NCBI RefSeq assembly: GCF_963921235.1
Contig: NC_086097.1
Span: forward strand, 32,924,001-32,988,000
From: Mobula hypostoma
Taxonomy: Eukaryota
DNA length: 64,000 bases
Reading direction: 5' to 3'
The translations under genes and the position numbers were made by a program. Each line of letters starts with the position of its first letter. Within the stretch, counting starts at the first letter, position 1. The notes beneath the pieces were generated by a model. That model saw only the letters and a list, made by a program, of their open reading frames with translations. It was not told where the DNA came from and did no database searches. Positions 51,601-64,000 of the stretch are shown one piece after another.

Positions 51601-53239
51601 ACGTAAGGAATTAATTTAACTGCTTGTGAAATATAGACTTATTTTCCAATTCTTTACTGCTGAAGAGTATTTGCAAGGGGATGTGAAATGTACTGTATAA
51701 TAAAGCTACAAGTAGTTTTATGATGCTGATTGATATGTGTGCACCAGAAAATTCTTAACTCACAGGCCTCCAAGATAGGGAATTACATTGGAGGTGTATC
51801 GACAATGTCTGCTGCTCAGTAATGACATTAAATATTTCAGGTGATGTTGGCTTTCTGCTGAACATTGAAAAAATAACTTGATGGAGAACTCCCCTTGTTG
51901 TCCTCCCAATGGTGGTGATGTGCCTCAATGCCTATCATCCAATGGTACTCACATCCACTGTGATGTACTGCTTTGTGAGGTTGCTGATGAAACATATCAA
52001 CTCCTGCCTGAGAAGCAACTAGGATCCACTTCACTCCATTTTGTCTAACATCACAACAGGTCGACAGCAGATGCCATTCCATTGGCTCTTAACTCAACTC
52101 TGGAACATCTGGATAACAAAGATGTATTATACTTCATTGACTACAGCTCAACATTCAGTAATATCATTCTCTCAAAACTGATCAATGAGAATGAAACATC
52201 GACTGTACTTTTTTCCATAGGTGCTGCCTGGCCTGCTGAGTTTCTTCAGAATTGTGTATGTGTTGCTTGAATGAGCTTCAAGACCTTGACCTCAATAGCT
52301 CCTTTTGCAGTTGAATGCTCGATTTCCTCACTTGCACATTCCAGTCAGTTCAGATTGGCAACAACATCTCCTCCGCAATCTTCATCAGCACAAGTACTCC
52401 TCAAGGCTGTGTGCATAGATCCCTGATCTGTTCGCTTTATATTTCTGACTGTGTGGTAAACACAGCTCCAATACCATATTTAAATTTGCTGACAACACCA
52501 CAGTTGTTAGCTGAATCAAAGGTCGTGACAAATCAGCATATAGGAGGGAGATTGAAAATCTTGCTGAGGGTGCCACAACAACTCCTCACTTGATGTCAGC
52601 AAGACCAAGGAGCTGGTTATTGACTTCAGGAGGAGGAAACCAGAGGCCCATGAGCCAGTTTTCATCAGGGGATCAGAGGTGGGGAGGGTCAGCAACTTTT
52701 AAGTTCCTTAGTATTATCATTTTGGAGGATCTGTACTGGGTCCAGCACATAAGTGCCATTATGAAGAGAGCATGGCAGCATCTCTGCTTAGAATTTTGCA
52801 AAGATTCGGTATGACATCTAAAACTCTGACAAACTTCTATGGATGTGTGGTACAGAGTATATTGACTAGTGCATCACAGCCTTGTATGGAAACACCAATG
52901 CTCTTAAATGGAAGATCTTTAAAAAAGTAGTGGATACAGCCCAGTTCATCATAGGTAAAGCCTTCCCCACCATTGAGCAATTCTACACAGAGTGGAACAT
53001 CCATCATCAAAGGACCCCCACCATCCAAGCCATGCTCTCTTCTGCCATCAGAAAGTCGCTACAGGAGCCTCAGGACCCACACTTCCTAGTTCTGGAACAG
53101 TTATTACCCCGCAATCATTAGCCTCTTGAACCAGAGGAGACAACTTCACGCCTCATTATTGAACAGTTCCCACAACCTATGAACTCACTTTCAAGGACTC
53201 TACATTTCATGTTCGTGATATTTATTGTTTATTTATTAT

Positions 53240-55764
53240 CCCTCAGGAGTTTCCTCGTTTTCTTAAGCTAGACAAATAGGTAAGCTCCAGTCCTGGCATG
53301 GTTGTAGTTTGAAGGTGGTTTTAGTTACAGTATGCAAGGAGTCAAGTAAAAAGACAGTACTACTTGGCATTTTCATGAAAGATAGATTGAAACACTGATC
53401 AAAACTCCCTCAACTTCCAACAAAGTGCTTCTAACTGACAGTGCCAAAATGAAATATACAAACAATATAAAATGGCTGACCCGACAACAAAAGCTAATTG
53501 CTTAACAATGCGATAATAAGTAATCAACCACAGCTGTGAAATTGCGAGTAAGCAGTGAGGTCTAGTAATTAGAAATAAAATAATAAATTACATTAGGAAG
53601 TACATAACACTCCCCGCCCTGGTATCTGTAAAAGATGCCACCAACTGAACTCATGGCTTTCACAGAAAAAACATTAAACATATTAGAGTCAATGCTCCTG
53701 ATCAATTGCGTAGTCAAATATTTAAGAGTAATAAGACCATCAACTGGATTCGAAATACAGGAGTAAAATTTTGTCCTCAAGAGGGATCACTACCCAAACT
53801 TCGATATAAGCCAGTTAAATCATATCAGATATACAACGTTGAATGCAAAACAAATCTGTACAAACTTAAAATATTGTTTCGGTTTTTATAGATTTGTAAT
53901 CAGAGTTCACGTTTCAATCATTTTCTGACAGTCTATTTTTCCAGTTATTCTGTTTGTTTTCTTGCTAAAGGCATCATGTTGCAGACTGCAGATAATAATG
54001 GTCTTGCTTGACCTAAGTTATCCTGGGACTGTTGCAGATATGCCATCCCTTGCAGTCACTCTTTCTTGCAAATGATTTAGTCATATGCATGAGTCTTGCT
54101 GTAGCATGTGACGGCAATTGCCAACTTGAGAACTCCTCAAAGCGTTTAGGGTCTAACCAGCTGCTGGAGATGTTAGTAGCATGGCATGTGACCTGTGGAC
54201 AGATCTCAGCATCAGATTCTGGGTCAATCAGATCAAATTGTAGAATAGTAGCCTTTAGTCAGTCAGTAGGACGCGTTCTTCACTAGGCTTGAGGCTGAGG
54301 TCTTCAGTGGCATTGGACAACATGAACTTCCAAACCCAGTAATATTCTGGCTTATCATCGAATTTTGTGAGTCCAGCTGTCAGCAGGTCATAATGGGCTA
54401 TGAATCTTGCAAGATCTGACATATTGTCATTTAGCTGGGGTTCATTGGGGCTGTTGAGCATTTTACCAGGAAGTTGAGCAGCGTCATCACCTTTGTTATG
54501 CTATGGTACATAGGAGCCTTGGAATCTACTATTACATGGCTGCATGTCTCCTTCATACCTATGGGCGAGAGAGTGGCCGATCAATGAATGTTATGAGGTA
54601 TCTGCCTGTTCAATGTAAGTACGAGCATTTGAAGAAGTCAGTCTTTGTTCTGTCCTGTTTGGGTAATAGGTGTCGAGTTGTGTTATCCTGAGGAAGAGAA
54701 GCCTCCCCCCAAACCTTGCAGTCTTTATTGGCTAGACTAAGTCTTCAGTGTCTGCTGGTGGGTGGATATTAGCATAAGCAGACTGGTCTTGAAAATACTT
54801 CGTAGTCCTCTTGGCTGAATGGCATGGTGAGTTTGATCTAGCATCATCATTATCAGCTGCCTGCTCCAAGACTATCTCAAAAACCTTGGCCTTGGCTAAA
54901 GTTGCCTCTGCCTCTTTTTCATGTTGCAGTGCCTCTAATGTGGCTTCCATGCGGGATTTCTCTATATTGAATTCAGTCTGTCTCACTTTAACAACAATTT
55001 CTATTTGTGCAAATGATGCCCTGGCTAGCGCTGCTTTGGCCCTTGCATGGGTTTCCATCACCACTATGCTGGCTGCTGATCTGCTAGTCTGTCTCGATAA
55101 TCTAGACGAACGCAACAAACACACTGACCTGGTTTCAAGTCTCCTCTTCTCCAATGCTGACATTTTAACTTACTGTAATGCGGGAACTTGCAGAATCATT
55201 ATCTTATATGGAATCACCATTGAGAGTATCTTTCCACTTGGCTGCTTGTTTACTGTAACATGTTGGTGAATAATAAAATCACCTTTAAACCATGGCTGTG
55301 CTGGGACTGGAGTTTACTTATCTGTTTAGCTTAAGGAAATTGGGAAACTTTTGAGCGAAGGCAGAATAGTAAAAAGACACTCTCAACTGTGATTCCATTT
55401 CCCAGTTTTCTTAAGCTAGACAGGTAGGTAAACGCCAGTCCAAGCGTAGTTGTAATCAGTTTTGCTATTCACCCACACGTTGCAGTACGAATGGAGACAA
55501 GTAAAAAGACAGTACTTCTTGGCATTCTCGCGAAAGGTAGATTCAAACACTGATCAAACCTCCCTCAACTTCTAACAAAGTGCTTCTAACTGATAGCGAC
55601 TAAATGAAATGTGCAAACAATATAAAATGGCCAACCTGACGACAAAAACTAATTGCTTAGCAACAGGATAATAAGCAGTCAACAACAGCTGTGAAATTAC
55701 AAGTAAGCAGTGAGATCTAGTAATTAGAAATAAAATAACAAACCACATCAGGAAGGACATTTCT
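53240..55764 (-). mobile_element. Internally deleted BEL/Pao LTR retrotransposon with two diverged LTRs
   Basis: Direct repeats ~53255-53609 and ~55405-55764; polypurine tract AGGGCGGGGAG at 53610-53620 abutting TGTTA. gag-like: ARAKAALARASFA and DLLTAGLTKFDDKPEYY..W; pol remnant LIDPESDAEICP..RFEEFSSW. Confidence 0.8.
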
Positions 55765-55850
55765 TTTTCCTCTTCCTCTTCATCCTCCTCCGTCATCCTC
55801 CTCCTCCATCCTCCTCCTCGTCATCCTCCTTCTCCTCGTTCTCCTCCTCT
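55765..55850. repeat. Imperfect (TCC/TCA/TCT)n trinucleotide tract
   Basis: Directly visible; the source of the acidic E/D runs in the minus-strand ORFs. Confidence 0.85.
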
Positions 55851-56042
55851 TTTGTTTCTTTTTGTATTTGCAGTTTGTTGTCCTTTGCACATTGGTTGTT
55901 TGGAGGCAGTCTTCCATTAATTCTATTGTGTTTCTTGTATTTACTGTGAATGCCCACAAGAAAATGAATCTCTGGGTTGTATATGTTGCATATAATTACT
56001 TTGATAATAAATTTACTTGGTACTTTGATCATCAGTGTTCAA

Positions 56043-56350
56043 TGGGCGGCAAGGTAGCATAGTGGTTAGAATATCACTTCACAGCACCAGCAATTGAGGT
56101 TCAGTACGCTGCTGTCTTGAAGGAGTTTGTATGTTCTCCCATGTGTGTTTCCTCCCGAGTGCTCCGGTTTTCTCCCATGTTCCAAAGACAAAAATTTACG
56201 GTTAATGAGCTGCGGGTATACTGTGTTGACATCGGAAGCATGGCAACACTTTGGGGGCTGCCCTGCACAATACTCGCTGATTTGATTTGACACAAACATC
56301 TCATTTCACTCTGTTTTGATGTGCATTTGACAAGTAAAGCTAATCTTTAA
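56043..56350 (+). mobile_element. tRNA-derived V-SINE
   Basis: A-box TAGCATAGTGG; V-domain GGAGTTTGTATGTTCTCCC..GTGCTCCGGTTTTCTCCCA..CCAAAGAC; tail TAAAGCTAATCTTTAA. Confidence 0.8.
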
Positions 56351-56534
56351 AAATTTAATCTCATCTAAATACAGCCTCGAAACTCTCAGTGCTACAGCCA
56401 AGGCTTCTCATGTGTTTGAATCTTCTAATACTGAGGCTGAACCAAGTTGCCATTTCATGCATTTAGATGTTCAGTTCCGTGTCTAATCACTGTGTGTTCA
56501 ATTGTGGAGCTAATTATTTCCTACTTACCAACAG

Positions 56535-56619
56535 ACTTCAAGTTTGATGTGCGGTTATATGTTCTGGTAACCTCCTTCGACCCTCTGGTGGTGTATCTCT
56601 ACGAAGAAGGACTGACAAG
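56535..56619 (+). CDS. TTLL5: TTLL5 coding exon 8 (85 nt; [29 protein letters not shown])
   Basis: caacag| acceptor and AG|GTAGGG donor; contains the TTL-family KFD-x-R-x-YVLVTS motif. Confidence 0.97.
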
Positions 56620-57529
56620 GTAGGGATCTTTTATTTTATGTAAGGGCCATGCAGTCAGTGCATGTTTATGCAGCACTTCAACCCAGTTGTTTTCTGACGA
56701 TAAAAGCAAAATAATGTTAAAAGGTAACAATCCAACAGGTATAGTTGTGCTGCGTGGGAGGGCACCATTTGAAAGGAGGATGGAGGGGCAGAGGCATGTA
56801 AGGGAGGTTTCAGGTGGTGAAGGGGCTTCTGAACACTGCCTTCAGTTGTGGTGAGGGTGTTAGAGGCAGCTGAGATGTACAGAGGGATCTTGGGGTCTAA
56901 GCTCAGAGCTTCCTGAAAGTGGCTGCAAAAATCATTAGGCTGATAAAAAAGGCATCTGGCAAGCATGCCATTATTAGTCAAGGCACCGAGTTCAAGAGTC
57001 AGGAAGTTATAAAACTTTGATTGTGCCACATCTGGAGCATTGCATTCAAATTTAGTCTTCCCATTACAGGAAGGATGTGCAGGCTTTGGAGAGGCTGCAT
57101 GAGAAGTTTATCAGGATGCTCCTTGAATTAGAAGAGAGTTGGATAGACTTAGGTTGTTTTCTCAAGGATGGCAGTGACTGAGGGAAAACTTGATAGAGCT
57201 AAATAAAATTGAGATACACAGATAGAAAGCTGGTACCTTTTTCCAGGGTGGAAATATCTAATAGGAGAAGGTATGCATTTGAGGTGAGGGGGTACATTCA
57301 AAGGAGATGTGTAGGATTTTTTTTTACACAGTGTTGGGTAGTTAGTGTTTGCTGATCAAGATGATGGTAGGTAGAGGCACTTAAGAGGCTCTTAAAAATC
57401 TTAAAGATTAGCTTTTTTGTCAAGTACATTGAAACATACAGTGAAATGTATCATCTGTGTCAACACTCCAAGGATGTGCTGGGGCAGCCCATAAGTGTCA
57501 CCACATTTCTAGCACCAGCATTGCGGATA

Positions 57530-57905
57530 TCGTAATGCTTTACAGCACCAGTGATCAGGTTTCAATTCCAGCCACTGACTGTAAAGAACTTTGCTCATTC
57601 TCTCCATAACCGCTTGGATATAACCATATAAGCAGATAACAATTACAGCACGGAAACAGGCCATCTCGACCCTTCTAGTCCGTGCCGAACTCTTACTCTC
57701 ACCCAGATATCTTCTGGGTGTTTCGGCTTCCTCCTACATTCCAAAGATACACCAGTTAGGGTTAGTGAGTTGTGAGCTTGCTACGTTGGCGCCAGAAGCA
57801 TGGCATCGCTTACAGGCTGCCTCCAGTACAATCCTTGCTGATTTGATTTTACACAAACCACTATGTTTTGATGTACATGTGACAAAGCTAATTTGTATCT
57901 TTAAT
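57530..57905 (+). mobile_element. V-SINE interrupted by a ~85-bp CR1 tail (57620-57705)
   Basis: B-box GGTTTCAATTCC; V-domain; AAAGCTAAT..ATCTTTAATCTTTAA tail. Confidence 0.65.
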
Positions 57906-58619
57906 CTTTAATTGACTACAGGCTGTGTACACTAGCACTGTGTCCATCAATGTTTGCTTCCACCAAGAGGTGGCTCTGGATGTGTGGGAACAGGTCCATG
58001 GTTTCCAGGACCTTGCGTGAACCTTTATTGACTGAGTGCAATGTGATACAGCCAGGGGCAGACTGGCAGGGATTATTGGTCTTGTGGAGTTTTAGTGTAT
58101 GGTTCATCCTCTGATGTGTTTCAGTGAACGAGTTAGTAATGCCTTGGAGCTTGGCTTCTGAGTGCAGTGTGGTACACTTCAGTGAATGAGTCGGCGATGC
58201 CGTGGAGCTTGGCCTCCACTCAAACGTGGAGTGCATGCAAACACAGGCATTGATTACACCTTGTCGCTCAGCAACTGAGGTTGGTGTGGCCTTGGTTTAG
58301 AGGTGTTTGAAATAGGATTAATTTTTTGCAAATTTCATTAGTTTACTACCCTCTGCTGACATCCCCACATCAAGGCTCTTGTTACGTACAGTCAACCACA
58401 TTAAACAGGCTGTATTATTTGCCCAACACCAGAGGGCTCCACTTTATGGACTCTGTCCACACTTCTTGCTGCCTCAGTAAAGCAGCCAGTACAATCAAAG
58501 ATCCCACCCACCCAGACATTGGGCAGAAAATACAAAAGCCTGAAAGTACGTACCACCAGGCTCAAGGACAGCTTTTACCCTGCCATTATAAGACAATTAA
58601 ATGATTCTCTTATACGATA

Positions 58620-59670
58620 AGACCACAAGACAATAAAACATAGGAGCAGAATTAGGCCACTTCGCCCATCAGACCTGCTCTGCCATATCATTATGGCTGA
58701 ATTATTATCCCTCTCAAACCCATACTTCTTCTTTCTCTCCATAACCTTTGATGCCCTGACTAATCCAGAACTTATCTGTGGTAATGAATTCCATAGATTT
58801 ACGATCCTCTGGCTAAAGAAGTTCCTTCTCATCTCTGTTCTAAATGGACGTCCCTCTATTTTGAGGCTGTGTCTTCTGGTCCTTACCACCACCCCCTCAC
58901 CCACATACTTTAGGAAACATCTTTCTCCACGTCCACTCTATCTAGACCTTTAAATATTTCATAGGTTTCAATGAGATCCTCCCTCATTCTTCTTAACTCC
59001 CCCAAGTACAGGCCCAGAGCCATCGAAAACTCCTCATATGTTAATCCTTTAATTCCTGGAACCATTCTTGTGATTCTCCTCTGGACCCTCTCCAATGCCA
59101 ACACATCTTTTCTTAGATAAGGGGCCCAAAAGTACTTACAATACTGTGGTCTGATTAATATAATGCCTTATAAAGCATCAGCATTACATTCTTGCCTTGA
59201 AAGTCTAATCCTCTCAAAATGAATGCTAACATTGCATTTGCCTTCCTTACCACTGACTGAACCTGCAAGTTAACTTTTAATGAATCCTGCACAAGGATTC
59301 CCAAGTCCCTTTGCATCTCTGATATCTCCCTGTTTAGAAAATAGTCTTTGGGTTTATTCTTTCTGCCAAAGTATATGACCATACATTTCCCTACACTATA
59401 TTCCATCTGCCACTTCTTTGCCCATTTTCCCAGTCTACATCCTTCATCAACACTACCAGCTGCTCCACCAATCTTTGTATTGTCCGTAGATTTGTCCACA
59501 AAGCCATCAATTCCGTCATCCAAATCATTGACATGTAACGTGAAAAGAAGCGGTCCCAACACCAGCCCCAGTGGAACACTGGTACTCACTGGTACTCTCA
59601 CTTTTTGCCTCCTGCCACTTAGCCAATCTTCCATCCATGTTAGTATTTTTCCTATAATACCATGGGCTTT
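58620..59670 (-). mobile_element. CR1 3' fragment (RT C-terminal half to tail)
   Basis: ORF AHGIIGKIL.W..DWL..RRQ..VPLGLVLGPLLF; ALERVQRR. Confidence 0.88.
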
Positions 59671-59699
59671 TTCATTGGAGTATTGCGCAGACTCAACAG

Positions 59700-62600
59700 G
59701 AACGTTCCTGTGCAGGTCCGACAAAGAGCTTGAAAAAGCAGCAAGTTTTTTGATGGGAGTCATTGATTGGAGTACTGCACAGACGCAACAGGAGCATTCC
59801 CACACAGGTCAAATAAATATTTTTGATGGAAAACCGAGTCTCTATAAAAGAGAGGTACCACCTAGCAGAGCGGTCATCGTGGGAGCGGTTGGTGTCAAAG
59901 TAGTCTGAGGCAGAGCAGGAAGGCTTAGGCTCAAACAGGGCTTCGGCGAGTCTAGCTAACAGGCAGAGTCTAGCTAAATTTATTCCTTATTTCTTATTTA
60001 AATCTTGAGAGAATAGGAGTTATGTCTACAGAGCCAGTGTTCTGTTCTGGGTGTCAGATGTGGGGGTTCCAGGAGACTCCCTGCCTCCCCGATGGCCACA
60101 TCTGCGCCAGGTGCATGGAAGTGCAGCTCCTTAGACACCATGTTAGGGAACTGGAATTGCAGCTCGATGACCCTCAGCTTGTTAGGGAAAGTAAGGCAGT
60201 GACAGACAGGAGATGCAGGGAGGTGGTCACCCCAAGGCTACAGGAGACAGATAAATGGGTGACTGTCAGGAGAGGGAAAGGGGAACATCAGATAGTGGAG
60301 AGCATCCCTGTGGCTGTCTCCCTCAATAATAAGTACTCCATTTTGAGTACTGTTTGGGGGGGTGGAGGAGAACCTACCTGTGGGAAGGAACAGTGGTCGT
60401 GCCTCTGGGATTGAGTCTGGCCCTGGGGCTCAGAAGGGTAGGGAACTGAAAAGGATGGCAGCAGTTATAGGGGACTCTGTTGTCGGGGACAGATTGGCGA
60501 TTCTGTGGAGGAGAAAAGGAAACACAGGTGGTAGTTTGCATCCCAGGTGCCAGGGTCTGAAATGTTTCTGGACGCGTCCACAATATCCTGAAAAAGGAGG
60601 GTGAGCTGCCAGAAGTTATGGTACATATTGGTATCAATGACATAAGAAGAAAAAGGGGAGGAGGTCCTGAAAAATATAGGGAGTTAGGAAGGAAGATGAG
60701 AAGCAAGACCTCAAGGGTAGTAATCACAGGATTGCCGCCTGTACCACGTGACAGTGAGGATAGGAATAGAATGAGAAAAATGTGAGGCGAAAGAATTGGA
60801 GCAGGGGCCACAGATTCAGATTCGGGGATCTTTGGGACCTCTTCTGGGGCAGGTGGGATCTGTACGAAAGGGATGGGTTGCACTTGAATCCGAGGGGTCC
60901 AATATTCTTGCAGGTAGGTTTACTGGAGCTGTTGGAGTGGTTTAAACTAACATGGCAGTAGGATGGGAACCAGGATGATAGAGCTGAGGATGAGCCAGTA
61001 AGCTTACAAGTAGGTGTTGGGTGTAACTTGAATGTAAGGAAGAACAAGCCAAATGATTGGATACAAATGCATACAGAGCAAAGAGTTAAATTGTACCACT
61101 GAGGCAAAATTCAAAAGAGCGAAGAATGCGGGAGTGAAGGTGATGTATTTAAATACGTGTAGATTTCGGAATAAAGTGGATGAACTCTGGTGTAATTAGA
61201 GATTGGTGGGTATGACATTGTGGGCATCACAGAGTTATGGCTGAAAGAAGGCCACAGTTGGGAGCTTAACCTCAAAGGATATGTTTTCTATCAAAAGGAC
61301 AGGCAGGAAGGCATAAGCAGTGGTATGGCTCTGTTGGTAAGAGAAGGAATTACATCTTCAGAAAGAGGTGACATGGTCTCAGAGAATGCTGAATCTTTGT
61401 GGGTGGAGTTAAGAAATTGCAAGGGCAAAAACATCATAATGGGAATCATATATAGGCCTCCAAATAGTAGCCAAGATGTGGAGTTGAGATTGCAAAGGGA
61501 GCTGGAAAAGGTATGTAATAAGGGTAATGAGACAATGGTAATAGGGGGCTTTAATATGCAAGGGGTTTGGGAAAATCAAGTTGGAGTTGGATTGCAAGAG
61601 GGAATTTGTTGAATGCCTACGAGATGGCTTTTTAGAGCAACTTGTACTTGAGCCTACTTGGGGAAAGACTATCTTAGATTGGGTGTTGTGTAACAACCCA
61701 GATCTTCCTGGGGAGCTCAATGTAAAGGAAGCCTGAGGAGACAGTGATCATAATATGATTGAATTTATACTGCAATTTGAGAGGGAGAAACATGACTCAC
61801 ATGTATCAGTATCACAATGCACTAAAAGGAGTTACAGAGGCATGGGAGAAGAGCTTGCCAAGGGGGGTTGGAGGAGGGATGCTGGCGGGAATGTGGCAGA
61901 GCAAAGACAGCTGAAGTTTCTGGGAACAGTTCATAAGGCATAGGACAGATGTGTCCCACAGACGAAGGAGTTCTCAAATGGCAGGGCTAGGCAACCATGG
62001 CTGACTTGGGAAGTTAAGGACTACATAAAAGCCAAGGAAAGGGCATATAAGGTTGCAAAAGTGAGTAGGAAGCTGGATGACTGGGAAGCTTTTAAAATCC
62101 AACAAAAGGCAACTAAAAAAGCTATAAGGAAAAAGAAGAAATATGAGGGCAGACTAGCAGATATCAAAAGTTTTTTTTCAGTTAATTAAAGAGTAAAAGA
62201 GAGGTGAGAGTTGATATTGGACCACTGGAAAATGATGCTGGTGAGGTAGTAATGGGGGACAAAGAAATGGCAGATGAACTCAATGGGCACTTTTCAACTG
62301 TCTTCACTGTGGAAGACACTAGCAGTGTGCCAGTGGTCTGTGAGTGTCAGGGAGTAGGAGTGAGTGCCATTGCTATTACAAAGGAAAAAGTACTGGGCAA
62401 ACTCAAAGGTCTTAAGGTGGATAAGTCACCTGGACCAGATGGACTACACTCCAGAGTACTGAGAGTTTGCTGAAGAGATGATGGATCTATTGGTCATGAT
62501 CTTTCAAGAAGCACTCGATTCTAGCATGGTCCTGGAGGACTGGAAGATTGCAAATGTCACTCTACTCTTTAAGAAGAGAGGAAGATAAAAGAAAGGAAAT

Positions 62601-63936
62601 TATAGGCCAGTTAGCCTGAGCTCAGTGATTGGGAAAGTGTTGGAGTCTATTATTAAGGATGAGGTTTCGAGGTACTTGAAAACTAATGATAAAATAAGTC
62701 AAAGTCAGCTGTAAAGGGAAACCTTGCCTGACAAATCTTTTAGAGTTCTTCGAGGAAGTAACAAGCAGGTTGGATAAAGGAGAAGCAGTGGATGTCATTT
62801 ACTCGGATTTTCAGAAGGCCATTGGTAAGGTGCCACACACCTTGATAAGGTTTGATAAGATACTGGCATTGATAGCGGAATGGCTGACAGGCAGAAGGCA
62901 GCGAGTGGGAATAAAAGGACACTTTTCTGGTTGGCTGCTGGTAAGTAGTGGTGTTCCTCAGGGGTCAGTATTGGAATTGTTGCTTTTCACATTGCTTGTC
63001 AATGACTTAGGTAATACAATTGATAGCTTTGTGGCAATGTTTGTGGATGATACGAAGATAGGTGGAGGGGGAGTTAGTGGGAAGTTAGTGCTGAGGAAGC
63101 AATGCGATTGCAGCAAATCTTAGACAAATTGGAAGAATGGGCAAAAATGGTGGCAGATGGATACAGTGTTGGGAAATGTGTGATAATGCTTTTTGATGAA
63201 AGGAACAATAGTGTGGACTATTATCTAAATGGGGTGAAGTTTCAAACATCAGAGGTGCAGAGGGCCTTAGGAGTCCTCGTTCAAGACTCGCAGAAGGTTA
63301 ATTTACAGGTTGAGTCTGTGGTAAAGAAGGCAAATACAATGTTGGCATTTATTTCAAGGGAAATAGAATATAAAAGCAAGTAAATAATGCTAAGTCTTTA
63401 TAAGACATAGGTTTTGGCCACACTTAGAGTTTTGGGCACCATTACTCAGAAAGAACATGTTGTCATTGGAGACAGTCCAGAGGAGGTTCACAAGAATGAT
63501 TCTGGGAATGAAGTGGTTAACATATGAGGAGCATTTGGCAGCTTTGGACCTGTACTCATTGGAATTTAGAAGAATGTGGGAAGATCTCATTGAAACCTAC
63601 CGGGTGTTGAAAGGATTAGAGTGGATGTGGAGAAGATGTTTCCTATGATGGGGGTAGCCAGAACTAAAGGGCACAACCTCAAAATTGAGGGGCTATCCCT
63701 TAGAACAGGTAAGGAGGAATATTTTTAGCTGGCGTGTAGTAAATCTGTGGAGGCCAAGTCCATGCATACATTTAAGAAGAAAATTGATTGTTTCCTGATC
63801 GGTCAGGGCATCGAAGGATATGGTGAGAAGGCAGGTGTATGGGGGTGAGTGGGATCCGGGATCAGCCATGATGGAATGGCAGAGCAGACTCGATGGGCTG
63901 AATGGCCTAATTCAGTTCCTATATCTTATGGTCTTA
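59700..63936 (+). mobile_element. Near full-length decayed CR1 LINE (5' UTR, ORF1 zinc finger/leucine zipper/SGNH, ORF2 EN-RT, 3' tail)
   Basis: ORF1 from ATG 60022: CSGCQMW..ICARC..VRELELQL, VIGDS, HIGINDI, DGLHL. ORF2: GITELWL, YRPPNS, KSPGPDGLH, NYRPVSL, PQGSVL. Tail CCTATATCTTATGGTCTTA. Confidence 0.92.
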
Positions 63937-64000
63937 ATTGTCTTATTTTGTTAAGTAGCTTCACATATGGCACCTTGTCAAAAGCCTTCTGAAAATCTAA

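Larger units (their letters stand above)
51900..56030 (+). mobile_element. Rex1-like LINE whose 3' UTR is split by a BEL/Pao element
   Basis: ALNSTLEHLDNK..FIDYSSTF, PQGCV, KFADNTTVV. The 3' UTR breaks at ~53240 and resumes at ~55850 (TTTGTATTTGCAGTTTGTTGTCC). Confidence 0.75.

Noticed and set aside
55572..56032. Acidic E/D-rich ORFs
   Set aside because: Translation of a (TCC)n tract plus LTR and LINE UTR sequence.
56043..56115. tRNA gene
   Set aside because: Degenerate B-box and no cloverleaf; it is the head of a V-SINE.
56620..64000. Next TTLL5 exon (FATVRY...MHLTNYSVNK)
   Set aside because: Not found by eye; presumably beyond the window end.

Overview
This is eukaryotic, vertebrate DNA. 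The repeat families (CR1/HER1-like LINEs, V-SINEs, Rex1/Babar-like LINEs, Penelope elements) suggest a cartilaginous fish, probably a ray; that assignment is an inference. The only host gene I can support is the 5' part of TTLL5 (tubulin polyglutamylase) on the + strand: 8 coding exons (12933-12994, 29625-29731, 31237-31319, 40017-40123, 42790-42920, 45548-45630, 48707-48776, 56535-56619; 728 nt). All introns are GT-AG and the exons join in one open frame: MPAVSHVPEDSPSSSDGEEHEEHPCLRWAG...[50 protein letters not shown]...[31 protein letters not shown]...GPWIVKPVASSRGRGVYL...[29 protein letters not shown]. The gene continues past the window. Most of the rest is decayed, heavily nested transposable elements: Gypsy, BEL/Pao, a solo LTR, Tc1, a hAT MITE, CR1, Rex1-like, L1/Tx1, Penelope and SINEs. 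Several insertions have exact target-site duplications (TSDs). The most notable non-coding signal is a family of minimal type I hammerhead ribozyme motifs in the Penelope terminal repeats. There are 3 near-intact and about 6 decayed copies, and two near-intact ones are sense to the TTLL5 pre-mRNA. Also notable are three uORFs in the start-codon exon and a TSD-flanked ~590-bp non-coding retroelement with a possible HDV-like fold. No new protein-coding system is evident, and nearly all listed ORFs are TE remnants or chance ORFs. TE boundaries without a TSD are approximate (about +/-50 nt).
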